DNA from: the human T2T-CHM13v2.0 reference genome, Homo sapiens
Direction: 5' to 3' (one strand)
Length of the DNA stretch: 64,000 nt
Assembly (NCBI RefSeq): GCF_009914755.1
Contig: NC_060947.1
Each line of letters starts with the position of its first letter. Position 1 is the stretch's first letter. Made by a program: the position numbers and the translations under genes. Below are positions 20,583 to 32,614 of this stretch, piece after piece. A model generated the notes under the pieces. That model did not search any database and had not been told where the DNA came from. It was given only the letters and a program-made list of their open reading frames with translations.

Positions 20583-21393
20583 TACATGTGAGGTGATGGA
20601 TTATGTTAATTAGCATTATTAGGATTATGTTAATTAGCATGACTGTGGTAATCATTTCAGAACACAATGTATACAACTATCAAAACATCATATTGTACTC
20701 CCTAAATATGTACAATATATTGTACTCCCTAAATTGTACATTGTTCTCCCTAAATATGTGCAATGTGTACATCTATCAAAACATCATATTGTACTCCCTA
20801 AATGTGTACAACTTTATGTCAATCATACATTAATAAAGCTGAAAAAAAGACACATATAAAATACCAATTATATGTTATTTTATGATTATATGTAAAAAAG
20901 ACATCCAGATTTTTCTGAGCCATGTTCCCATCTTGTCCACAATCACACAACTATGGTTATTTCAAGCAAAGTCTAGGTGCCACTGTTTTGGCATGTAAAA
21001 TAAAAAATTGTTTAATTATTATAGTGGCATCCTACATGTACTAAAATACAGGACTGCTCATTTTTACAGTTAATGTTGGACTTTTATGTGGTTAATGTGT
21101 TGGACTTAAGTTGGAACATTTTCTCTTTCTTCCTAGAACTCCTATATATTAATTGGTGGCCTGAAAAAAAATATTTACTTTTTAGCAATAGTCAAAGTTT
21201 TAAAAAACATATAAAATTATGTTTTAAAATAGATAATGAATTGTATGTCTACAGATATATTGCACTCCTTGTTTGCTCTAATTATTTCATCTAGTGAATA
21301 TCATTATGTGTGTGTCTTTGTGCATGTTCTCTCTGAGTGTGTCTGTGGGGGTGAGATAGAGAGAGAGACTAAAAGAATCGCTGAATAGATATC

Positions 21394-21830
21394 AGTATTA
21401 GTCCATTCTCACACTGCTAATAAAGACATACCCAAGACTGGGTAATATATAAAGGAAAGAGGTTTGATTGACTCCCAGTTCAGCATGGCTTGGGAGGCCT
21501 CAGGAAACTTACAATCATGGCAGAAGGGGAAGCAAACACATTCTTCTTCACATGGCAGCAGGAGAGAGAAGTGCTGAGCAAAGTTGGGGAGTAGGATGGA
21601 AATCCCCTTAAAAAAACATCAGGACCTGTGAGAACTAACTCACTGTCACAAGAACAGCATGAGGGTAACTGCCCCCATGATTTAGTTACCTCCAACCAGG
21701 TCCCTCCACGACATGTGGGGATTATGGTAACTACAATTCAAGATAAATTTGTGTGTGGACACAGCCAAACAATACCATTCCACCCATGGTCCCTCCCAAA
21801 TCTCATGTCGTCACATTTCAAAACACAATC
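21394..21830 (-). mobile_element. THE1C-like LTR plus a short piece of internal sequence
   Basis: GTATTAGTCCATTCTCACACTGCTAATAAAGACATACCCAAGACTGGG...ACAGCCAAAC, then int-like CCCTCCCAAATCTCATGTC. Confidence 0.85.
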
Positions 21831-22263
21831 TGTTTGTTGGTCTAACTCAGATGGGGATAAAATATTATCAGTTTTATATAATGTAAGGCTTTAATGAGCA
21901 AGTAATTTAGACACCACAACAACATGGAGCTTAGCAATTCTTGCTCCCTGAAAATAATAGAGCCTGTCCTGATGTTTGCAGCCGATAGGACTTACCCATG
22001 TAGTTTCTACTCAAAAGTATGGAACAAAAATAGCAGAGACTGGAAGTAGTTTTTTTTTGTTTGTTTGTTTTTTGTTTTTCTGTCTCTGCCTGGAGATAGG
22101 CAGGCCCAAGAGGCTAAAGGACAGACATTTCAGAGCCTGTTAGGTGTTTGATACATAAAACAGTGATCAGAATTCATCAGATTAGCTACTTTTTCACCCA
22201 TGAAAACACCAGTATTAGGCTAGTACAGGACTAGTATAAGGTTGCATAGTGCTAGTATGAAAG

Positions 22264-22586
22264 TGTGATGGGTAGTTTTCCGAGATCAGACAAGGTCAGA
22301 CACGTTCAGGGTAGTGTGGCCATAGACAATGATAGGTAATTTTATGTGTTAAATTGGCTTGAATATGGAGCCCATTTTTCTAGGACAAACAGTATTCTAG
22401 ATGTTGCTGTGGAGGTATTTTGTAGATGTAATTAACATTAAAAATCAATTGGCTTTCAATAAAGCGGATTACCCTCCATAATATGAGTGGGTTTCATTCA
22501 GTAAGTTGAACGTCTTAAGAGCAAAAACTAAGGTTTCTCAGACAATAAGGATATCTAAATTAAAACTGCAACACAGAAATCCTGCA
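22264..22586 (+). mobile_element. MLT2D-like (ERVL) LTR fragment, interrupted at its 5' end by the 5S copy
   Basis: TGTGATGG.TAATTTTATGTGT start; ATTACCCTCCATAATATGAGTGGG motif. Confidence 0.75.
22278..22327 (-). pseudogene. 5S rRNA retropseudogene, first ~50 nt only, no poly(A) tail
   Basis: Reverse complement GTCTATGGCCACACTACCCTGAACGTGTCTGACCTTGTCTGATCTCGGAA matches 5S rRNA GTCTACGGCCATACCACCCTGAACGCGCCCGATCTCGTCTGATCTCGGAA, mostly CpG transitions; imperfect TSD TGATGGGTAGTTTT / TGATAGGTAATTTT. Confidence 0.92.
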
Positions 22587-22589
22587 GGC

Positions 22590-23820
22590 ACATGAAGTAC
22601 AAGAACTGTGGATGAATCTAGGCAACCTCCATCTAGATTTCAAAGAATGCATCAGAGATCCTCAGGGTTCAGGCAGAGAACTTCCACAAGGTCCGGACTT
22701 CCACAGATATTCCCTACTAGGGCAATTACTAGTGGAACTATGGGAGTGATACCATCACAGAGGGTCTCTTCTAGGGCAATGTCCAGCAGAGCCAGAGAAT
22801 CAGGACCACTGCAGAAAATCCCTAATGGGGCAATGCTTAGTGGAGTTATGGGGGCAGGGTTGCTTCTGAAACTCCAGAGCTGTAGAGCCACCGATGTGCA
22901 TGGGAGTCACCACAGCATGGGAGAGTGGTAGGCACCCAACTCTAACCCCCAGGAGCTGTTGGTTTGGCTGCTCCCAGCAAAGCCATTATGGTGGGGCTTC
23001 CTAGAGGCTTGGAAGCCCAACCAATACCCACCCAAATACGTCCAGAAGGCAGGACATGGAGTCTAAGATTTTTCTTCAACCTAAGATTTAATGTTTTTTG
23101 CACTGTTGGGTTTTGGACTTACTTGGGACCTGTTATCCCTTTCTACGTTCCTATTTCTTCCTTTTGGAATGAGAATGTTTATCCTCTCTGTCCCATCATT
23201 GTATTCTGGGAAGCCCACAACTTGTTTTATTTCACAGGCTCACAACTGAAGGACAATTTGTCTCAGGATAAAATACACCTTTGAGTTTCATAACTGATTT
23301 AGATAGTATTTATATGAGGCTGTGGACTTTAGACTTTTGAGTTAGTGCTAGAGAAAGTGACAATTTTGGAAGACTATTGGGATGTAGTGACTGTATTTTG
23401 AATATAAAAAAGACACACATTTAGGGGTACAGGGTAGAATGCTATGATTTAAATGGATATTTCCCTACAAAATTCATATATTGGAACCTAATATTAAGAG
23501 GTGGGGCTTTAGGAGAAGTGATTAAGTAATAAGGTATCCATCCTTATGAGTGAGAATAGTGCTTTTATAAAAGAGGTTGAAGGGAGTGGCCTATTCCTTG
23601 ATTGCCCTTCCACCATGAGAGGACACATTATTTATCCCCTCTGGAAGATGCAGCATGAAGGCACAATATTAGTTGCAGAGGAAGCCCTTAAGAGACATTA
23701 AATCTGCCAGTCTCTTGATCTTAGACTTTCCAGATCCAGAAATGTGAGAAATAAATTTCTATTATTTATAAATTACCCAGTTTGTGGTATTTTTTATAGC
23801 AGAAGGAATGAACTGAGACA
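22590..23820 (+). mobile_element. MST/MLT1A-type MaLR internal 3' part plus 3' LTR (MSTD-like, 23440-23820)
   Basis: Internal CTAGGGCAAT repeats, purine tract GGGGTACAGGGTAGAA, then LTR TGCTATGATTT...ACTGAGACA. Confidence 0.75.
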
Positions 23821-24122
23821 TTCAGTGTCATTTTAATAATTGTGAACATGCCAATGAAAAGAACAACAGGGAACTGGGGACCATTATTAGAGATGAAAGG
23901 AAGCCCAAGATGTGTGAAAAAAGAAATTCTAGGACAACAGTAGACCTACTGAAACCCTTACAAATTGGAGTAGGAAGACAGAAGTTTCTTCAAGGGATAT
24001 TTATTGTGGGGAAGAAATGAACATGAAGAGACAGGAGATGTATTTGATTGTTTTGAGATGATGTTTATATGATGTGTGGCAGACAATTGGCATTACTGAG
24101 GAAAGTGCTCAGAGAACACTGA

Positions 24123-24515
<393 letters not shown>

Positions 24516-24642
24516 CCAATTTTCTCCATGTCTCATCATAGCAAAAATATTGTAAACAATTGGTACAAATTTAAATACAAACAAATATATATTTATATTG
24601 GAAATATGAGAGAATAAGTATGTTTGCGTATGTGTCAATGAG

Positions 24643-25037
24643 TACTATGGTTTGAATGCACCTGTCCCTCCAAAATTCGAATGTTGGAATTTAAACTCCA
24701 AAGTGATGGTATTACAGTGTGGAGTCTTTTGGAAAATGATTAAGTCACATGGGCTCTGCCCTTGTTAATGGGATTAATGCACTTAAAAAAGAGGCTTCAA
24801 AGATTTGCTTAGCACTTTTGCTCTTGACCACATGAAGACATAGTTTGAATGCTCTCTGGATGATGCAGCAACAAGGCATTATCTTGGAAGCAGAGAGCTG
24901 CCTCACCAGACACCAAAACTGCTGGCACTTTAATCTTGGACTTTCTGGCATCAAGAATGATAAGAAATACATTTATATTCTTTATAAATTATCCAGTATT
25001 AGGTATTTTCTTACTGTAGCACAAATGGACTAAGACA
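24643..25037 (+). mobile_element. MSTD-like solo LTR
   Basis: TACTATGGTTTGAATG...AATGGACTAAGACA. Confidence 0.8.
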
Positions 25038-25104
25038 GTGGGAAAAGAGGTACCATAAGAATTCAAACATTTTGTTAATTAACTGTAAATAATTGACAAA
25101 ACTT

Positions 25105-25245
25105 GACATTTATTAAACACTTATATTGTGACATTGTGTTTTTCTAGGTGTTATAGAAGTGTCAAATCACTGAATCCTCAAATAAACCTGTGCTGTATTC
25201 TTGTCTCCATGTTACAGAAAAGGAAACAGAGACACAAAGGGAATA
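25105..25245 (-). mobile_element. MIR-like fragment
   Basis: CCATGTTACAGAAAAGGAAACAGAGACACA resembles the antisense MIR core. Confidence 0.45.
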
Positions 25246-25853
25246 AACAAGTAAGAATTTATCCACTACCTGTTACTATCTCCTCTTGCCCTAAAAGTGA
25301 ATAATGAAGAGGGGTATAAAGATATGGCTTAGGCACATAACAAAATATGCTTAAATAGTGGACAATAGAAACATCTAGGTAGTGACATTTCAGGGTAGGC
25401 AGTAGTGAGGCATGGGGCTGCTCTTTCTCATTATAATTCTGTAGGGCTGTTTGATTTTCTAAATAACGTACATTATGTTAAAATAATAATAATTTAATAG
25501 AACAAAATAAAAATATGCCTGGTCTATATAATGTAGGCACTTCTCTGTGGTGTTTGAGCATCTTCAGAATTTCCATTCAATTGTGACTACTTGATGCTTT
25601 GTATAATATGTCCATGAAAAGGCAACCTAATTCTGAAATGCTTTTCAGCAAATTTAAATCTCTTACTTTATTGTTCTTTTTAGTTTAGTCATATGTTGAA
25701 GATACCTTTTTTAGACTTGGCAGGTAGGGAATGAGAATGTTGTCAGAAAATGTGTTATAAACATCATTGAAAAAAGTCACATTGTATTACATTTTTCTGT
25801 ACATTGACAAAGTCTATTTAATAGAATCATCAGGCAGTGATGCCATAAAAATA

Positions 25854-27172
25854 GGAGTCGGTTCCATGGTAGAAGTGACCTGACTGCCTCCCACAGAGGG
25901 AGTCAGGTCCCCTCTATCAATGAGGCTCATTTTGCAGGTGCTGAATTTGTCCCCAATGTTCCCAATTATGTCTGAACCAATCAGAGTCCTTGTGAAAGAA
26001 GCAACTGGTCGAATTGCATATTCAGTGCTGTACAGTATTGGAAATGGATGTGTCTCTGGTAAAAACCAGCCTACAATTCTTTTGCTGATGCATATCACCC
26101 CTATGATGAGTGTCCTGGATGGTGTCCTAATGAAACTGCAAGACTGTGCCCTTTCCCTTTGGAAATATGTCATTGCAGCAGACAAAGAAGAGCTGGTCTT
26201 CAAAGACTTGGATGTGGCCATTCTTGTGGGCTCCATGCCAAGAAGGGAAGGCATGGAGAAGAAAGATTTACTTAAAGCACATGTGAAAATCTTCAAATGC
26301 CAAGATGCAACCTTGAAGAAATATACCAAGAAGTTAAATTTATCATAATGGAAAATCCAGTTAATACCATCTGCCTGATTTTCTTCATGTCAGCTCCATC
26401 TATCCCCAAGAACTTCAGTTGCTTAATTCATTTGAATCACAACTGAGATGAAGCACAAATCACTCTTAAACTTGGTGTGACTGCTGAAAATGCAAAGAAT
26501 GTCATTATCTAGGGAGACCATTCCTCAATTCAGTATCCAGATGTCAACCATGCCAAGGAGAAATTGCAAGAAAAGGAAATTAGTGTTTATGAAGCTCTGA
26601 AAGATGACAGTTGGCTCAGGGAGAATTCATCATGACTGCAGCAGCATGATGCTGCTTTCATCAAAGCTTGAATACTATCCAGTGCAATATCTGCCATAAA
26701 AGCTATCTCTGACTGTCAGAGATATCTGGTTTGAAACACCAGAGGGTGAGTTTGTGTCCATGGGTGTTACTGCTGATGGCAGCTCTTATGGTATGCCTGA
26801 TGATCTGCTGCTCTGCTGTGATAATCAAGAATGAGACCTGGAAGTTTAAGTTCTCCCTATTAATGATTTCTCATGTAAGGAGATGGATCTTACTGCAAAG
26901 GAGCTACTTATGAAGTATTGGACAATAAACTAGTTTTGAAGTTCTTTTCCTTGCCTGACTAGAAAATCATTTTGATGTTACTAAATGTGCCAAAGCTCAA
27001 GAACCTAAATAGCATCTTTGACTCTAGTACCAAATAATAATAATGTTATACTTAAATTACATGTACAGAAAACATATTAAAGAGTATGTGCTTCTTGGTA
27101 CATATTTTTAAATGACAATTTATTATGCTGTTACTGCTGCTTTTAAAATAAATATATACTCAAATGAAAAAT
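25854..27172 (+). pseudogene. MDH1: Processed pseudogene of cytosolic malate dehydrogenase (MDH1): 5' UTR, disabled CDS 25968-26958, 3' UTR, A-rich end
   Basis: MSEPIRVLV...[29 protein letters not shown] matches MDH1; intronless; frameshift near 26340 and stops downstream; native stop TGA 26956; AATAAA near 27147. Symbol given is the parent gene. Confidence 0.96.
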
Positions 27173-27872
27173 AATAAAATATACTAAAAGTATTGGAAAG
27201 AGTTTATAAAATGTATTAAGCAGAAACATTTGCAATTGTCTGCAGTGTACTATATGTCTAAGCAAAAGCAACATCTTTTGGGAATGTCTCTAACCTTAAG
27301 GGAGGCTGCCTAGAATTGAGAAAAGAGAAAGAAAAAGAAAGGCATTTTTAGACTGAGGAGGTGGGAAAGTCCTAGGCATCAGCTGTGCTTCAGTTCAAGC
27401 CTGGATAAAAATTAGTTCAGATTGGAGCAGCGAATTAAGGCCTCAAAGGGATTTTTCAAAAGAAAGTAGATCATAGCTCATCTCATATACTTGAAAGTAT
27501 TGCAATTCATTTTGGTACACTCAAAGGCTTGGGAGTAAACTTACTGTAGGTACATAGAAAATATAGCAATTAAAGATTAAGACAATTATTAACTTCAGGG
27601 AAAAAAGCAAGATCACATATTAAGGTAAAATGTGAATATTTATTTAGCAGGAATCGATCAGGACTTTTCATGGTTGAATGTCATCCTGGGTGCCCAAGGA
27701 AGTGAGCACCCAGACTTTCTTGCTGTTTTGCCCAGATGTGTGGGACAGGAGAAACAGGGACACTTGAGACCTGAAAGATGTCATCATCAAACATCAAAAA
27801 TAAAGTCAGACTCTTTAATACAATTTACTCATAATGTTTGACTGACGATCAAAATATGCCGTGTTTTATCTA

Positions 27873-27998
27873 AGTGAATGTGACCTTGTTTAAGTTAGAC
27901 ATTGTGGTACTCTACGAGGCCTGAAGCCTGAGATCAGTGAATGAGACCTTGTTTAAGTTAGACGTTGTGGTACTCTATGAGGCCTGCAGCCTGAGATC
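27873..27998. repeat. 63-bp tandem duplication (4 mismatches)
   Basis: AGTGAATG(T/A)GACCTTGTTTAAGTTAGAC...CCTGAGATC at 27873 and 27936. Confidence 0.95.
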
Positions 27999-28048
27999 AG
28001 TAAAGAAAGTGAATGTTTTATTGAACACCTATTTCAAGAGCTCAACAG

Positions 28049-28107
28049 TGTGTAAAGGGAAAGACATCTTTCCCTTTACACAATGAACAATGCCATCCTT
28101 GTTCATT
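28049..28107. repeat. Two adjacent perfect inverted repeats (16 bp with 2-nt spacer; 9 bp with 8-nt loop)
   Basis: TGTGTAAAGGGAAAGA-CA-TCTTTCCCTTTACACA, then AATGAACAA-TGCCATCC-TTGTTCATT. Confidence 0.95.
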
Positions 28108-28124
28108 ATCCATGATGTCTGGAA

Positions 28125-28391
28125 AATTTTTAATTATTTTTAATTATTTAAAAAATTTAATTATTTCAATAGCTCTTGGGGTACAGGTGGTTTATGTTTA
28201 CGTGGATAAATTATATAATGGTGAATTCTGAGATTTTACTGTACCCATCACCGGAGTAGTGTACATTGTACCTAATGTGTAGTTTTATATCCTGGCTCTC
28301 CTCCTACATTCTCCCTTTTGACATTCTAGAGTCCATTGTATCACTCTGTATGTTTTTGCATATTCATAGATTAGCTCCCTCTTATAAGTGA
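28125..28391 (-). mobile_element. L1PB1-like 3' end, interrupted by the ERV
   Basis: TCAATAGCTCTTGGGGTACAGGTGGTT...TTAGCTCCCTCTTATAAGTGA. Confidence 0.8.
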
Positions 28392-28821
28392 TGTTAAAGC
28401 AAACTAAAAAATATTTGAGTCCTTGTGGACAAATCATAACCTAACTTAATAGGTAGTTGAGATTAAAAACCTAACTTAGGAGTATCTGTCTGTAACAAAA
28501 GCTGTGTCCTGGCCAATCCCAGAAGCCACAGTTCTACCATTCATACAACACTGAGTGCTTAAACTGTGTCCAAATAAGGCGAACACCAACCTGTAACCAA
28601 TCCAGCTGTTTCTGTACCTCACTTCTGATTTCTGTACGTCACTTTCCTTTTTGTTTTTTGTCTATAAATTTCTTGTGACCATGAGGTATCCCTGGAATCT
28701 CTCTGAATCTGCTGCGATTCTGGAAGGTGCCCAATTTATGAATCTTTCTTTTTTTCTAGCTCAATTAAACTCTGTTAAAATTAATTTGTCAGAAGTTTTT
28801 TTTTTTTTTTTTTTTTTAGCA
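28392..28821 (+). mobile_element. MER57-type ERV1 5' LTR
   Basis: TGTTAAAGCAAACTAAA...TGTAACCAATCCAGCTGTTTCTGTACCTCACTTC...CA; CCAAT and TATAAA boxes, ATTAAA signal. Confidence 0.85.
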
Positions 28822-28825
28822 GATC

Positions 28826-28843
28826 TGGTATCAGAAGTGGGAT
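28826..28843 (+). promoter_or_regulatory. Retroviral primer-binding site, tRNA-Leu type
   Basis: TGGTATCAGAAGTGGGAT just after the LTR; one mismatch to the complement of the tRNA-Leu 3' end (TGGTGTCAGAAGTGGGAT). Confidence 0.8.
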
Positions 28844-29113
28844 TTGAAGTAAAACTCTGTGAACCCCAGGAACACCAGGTGAGCATGTGAGGTGCCTGTG
28901 GAACCAGTTGTGCTCACTGCTCTCCTGATTGTAACTGAAGGTCGTGGGTGAGTTTTCACTCAGATTTGGAGCTTCACTAACATGTGTTCTGAGCTCTCTG
29001 AGTTTATTTGTGCAATACTTAGACTGGACTGCATCCAGGATCAAATTGGACTTGATAATTAACTGGATTGGATTCAGATAGAGGTGTCAGATCTTGTGCA
29101 GGTACCTTATTTT

Positions 29114-31135
29114 ATTTTTTTCCTTTTTTTATTATTATACTTTAAGTTCTAGGGTACATGTGCACAATGTGCAGGTTTGTTACATATGTATACGTGTGCC
29201 ATGTTGGTGTGCTGCACCCATCAACTCGTCATGTACATTAGGTATATATCCTAATGCTATCCCTCCCCCTTACCCCCATCCCATGATAGGCCCCAGTGTG
29301 TGATGTTCCCCAACGTGTGTCCAAGTGGTCTCATTGTTCAATTCCCACCTATGAGTGAGAACATGCGGTGTTTGGTTTTCTATCCTTGTGATAGTTTGCT
29401 CAGAATTATGGTTTCCAGCTTCATCCATGTCCCTACAAAAGACATGAACATATCCTTTTTTATGGCTGCATAGTATTCCATGGTGTATATGTGCCACATT
29501 TTCTTAATCCAGTCTATCACTGATGGACATTTGGGTTGGTTCCAAGTCTTTGCTATGGTGAATAGTGCCGCAATAAACATATATGTGCATGTGTCTTTAT
29601 AGGAGCATGATTTATAATCCTTTGGGTAGATACCCAGTAATGGGATAGCTGGGTCAAATGGTATTTCTTAGTTCTAGATCCTTGAGGAATTGCCACACTG
29701 TCTTCCACAATTGTTGAACTAGTATACACTCCCACCAACAGTGTAAGAGTGTTCCTATTTCTCCACATCCTCTCCAGCACCTGTTGTTTCCTGACTTTTT
29801 AATGTTTGCCATTCTAACTGGTGTGAGATGGTATCTCATTGTGGTTTTGATTTGCATTTCTTTGATGACCACTGATGATGAGAATTTTTTCATGTGTCTG
29901 TTGGCTGTATAAATGTCTTCTTTTGAGAAGTGTCTGATGAGATCCTTTGCCCACTTTTTGATGGGGTTGTTTGATATTTTCTTGTAAATTTGTTTAAGTT
30001 CTTTGTAGATTCTGGATATTAGCCCTTTGTGAGATGGGTAGATTATAAAACTTTTCTCCCATTCTGTAGGTTGCCTGTTTACTCTGATGACAGTTTCTTT
30101 TACTGTGCAGAAGCTCTTTAGTTTAATTAGATTCCATTTCTCAATTTTGGCTTTTGTTGCCATTGCTTTTGGTGTTTTAGTCATGAAGTACTTGCCCATG
30201 CCTATGTCCTGAATGGTATTGCCTAGGTTTCTTCTAGGGGTTTTATGGTTTTAGGCCTAACATGTAAGTCTTTAATCCATCTTGAATTAATTTTTGTATA
30301 AGGTGTAAGGAAGGGATCCAGTTTCAGCTTTCTAAATATGGCTAGCCAGTTTTCCCAACACCATTTATTACATAGGGAAGACTTTCCCCATTTCTTGTTT
30401 TTATCAAGTTTGTCAAAGATCAGATGGTTGTAGATGTGTGGTATTATTTCTGAGGGCTCTGTTCTGTCCCATTGGTCTATATCACTGTTTTGGTACCAGT
30501 ACAATGCTGTTTTGGTTACTGTAGCCTTATAGTATAGTTTGAAGTCAGGTAGCCTGATGCCTCCAGCTTTGTTATTTTGGCTTAGGATTGTCTTGGCAAT
30601 GCAGGCTCTTTTTTGGTTCCATATTAACTTTAAAGCAGTTTTTTCCAATTCTGTGAAGAAAGTCATTGGTAGCTTGATGGGGATGGCATTGAATCTATAA
30701 ATTACCTTGGGCAGTATGGCCATTTTCACAATATTGATTCTTCCTATCCATGGGCATGGAATGTTCTTCCATTTGTTTGTGTCCTCTTTTATTTCATTGA
30801 GCAGTGTTTGTAGTTCTCCTTGAAGAGGTCCTTCACACCCCTTGTAAGTTGGATTCCTAGGTATTTTATTCTCTTTGAAGCAGTTTTGAATGGGAGTTCA
30901 CTCATGATTTAGCTCTCTGTCTGTTATTGGTGTATAAGAATACTTGTGATTTTTGCACATTGATTTTTTATCCTGAGAATTTGCTGAGGTTGCTTATCAG
31001 CTTAAGGAGATTTGGGGCTGAGACGATGGGGTTTTCTAAATATACAGTCATGTCATCTGCAAACAGGGACAATTTGACTTCCTCTTTTCCTAATTGAACA
31101 CGCTTTATTTTTTTTTCCTGCCTGATTGCCCTGAT
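29114..31135 (-). mobile_element. 5'-truncated L1PA5/6-like insertion in the ERV leader
   Basis: ORF2 C-terminal peptides; TSD CAGGTACCTTATTTT at 29099-29113 and 31136-31150. Confidence 0.93.
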
Positions 31136-31155
31136 CAGGTACCTTATTTTTAATA

Positions 31156-32590
31156 ATGGGATCATTTCAACTCAAAGAGTCTGGGAATCCACATTCTGGG
31201 ACTTCAGCTAATTTTATGTGTACAAATTATAGGCCCAGGTGTGTGCATTTTTAAAAAAATGGGTTAAACTCATTAAAGAAAACTTAGAATTCAGATGGCT
31301 GCAATGGAGAAGTTTTAATTTGGATAAAATTTTTTATCTTCAAGACATATTAAATAGGGGGATCAAAACCCTCAAAAAACAGTGGCACATATTCTTTTAT
31401 TGGTATGCAGAAGCTTCTAAAAGACTAAATTAATCAAAAATTGACTTTTTAAAAGGTTGTTTGCAAACCACAAATGAAAATCTTAAGCAACAGACTAAGG
31501 ACATGACAAAAGATGACTGTACTCTGACTCAACTAACCCCAACTCTTCCTTTTGTTTATCCATCTCCACCTAGATACTGAGTCCACTAACCTTTTTGCTA
31601 AATTACCCTTTCACTCTGAAGATAATGGCAAAAAAAAAAAAATGAAATTAGACATATCCCTTACAAAGTGAGATGTTCTAGTCAGTTAGTCCTGCCTGCT
31701 GTAACCATGTTCACTCTGTGGTCTAAAACCAAGCTTATAGCCATTGTGATGGACTTCCCTGGTCCAAGGAAAAATTCTCAAAAATTTACCAAGGAATTTA
31801 GAATCTTCTTAGGAGTTTATGATCCAGGAGTTTCTGACCTTTGACAATTTGTTCACATGATATTGGGGTCTGATGAATCTCAGAAATAAATGGGAGCAGC
31901 AGAATGGGACAAACCTGAGAGAATATTAAAAACCCCTCCAAAAGCTCCTCATGAGAAGAACCAAACGTAGCTAGAAAATTTGCTGAAAACCTTTTAAATT
32001 CAATTCCTAATTTTTTTCTACAAAAAAAATTGATTGGTTTATCATACAATATTGTAAAGAAAGAAAGGATGAACCAATTTTAGATTATAGAACTCACTTA
32101 GAAACTGTGAAACATTCTGGGCTCAAAGTACAGTAAGGAGAATTTCCTGCAGGGACTGAAATGGCATTAGCTTTTCTGTTTATAAATGGACTCCATCGTG
32201 AACTTAGCAGTTTAATTAAAAAACATAAGCTGAGATGGGAAGTGACTGAATTGGTGGCCTTTGCTGAACATTTTGAGGGAACTCTGGAACAAGAAAACAC
32301 TCAAAAGGCTAAGAAGCTTAGGACCCTTCAATTACAACAGTTACAGGGGCCAAGACCAGAGGCACCTTCTTGTTCCCATTTTAAATCACAACCAAGAGGT
32401 TCTGAAAGAGGAAATTCTTCCCAAGATGTCCGCCGTTATGCAAACACCGAGGACACTGGAAAAGGGATTGTCTGCTTTTATATTGGTCCACCAATAAGCT
32501 TCCCTTTAGGCCGAACTGTTTCACCACTAGAGAGAGCCCAAGAGACCTTAGGCCTCCTGATAATAATAAACATCAAGGAGGATCTGAAGG
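31156..32590 (+). pseudogene. gag: ERV gag remnant
   Basis: ATG-GGA start (MGS) at 31156; MHR-like QYCKERKDEPILDYRTHLE near 32050; degenerate CCHC finger near 32425-32475. Confidence 0.75.
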
Positions 32591-32614
32591 ATACTCCTGT
32601 AAATTGCTCCCTGT

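Noticed and set aside
25814-26329. 171-aa antisense ORF over the MDH1 pseudogene
   Set aside because: Typical antisense shadow of a coding sequence; no recognisable homology
25920-26348. 142-aa open frame covering the MDH1 N terminus as a functional truncated protein
   Set aside because: The nucleotide-binding motif TGAAGQIA has become KEATGRIA, there are many non-conservative changes, a frameshift follows, and no promoter is evident
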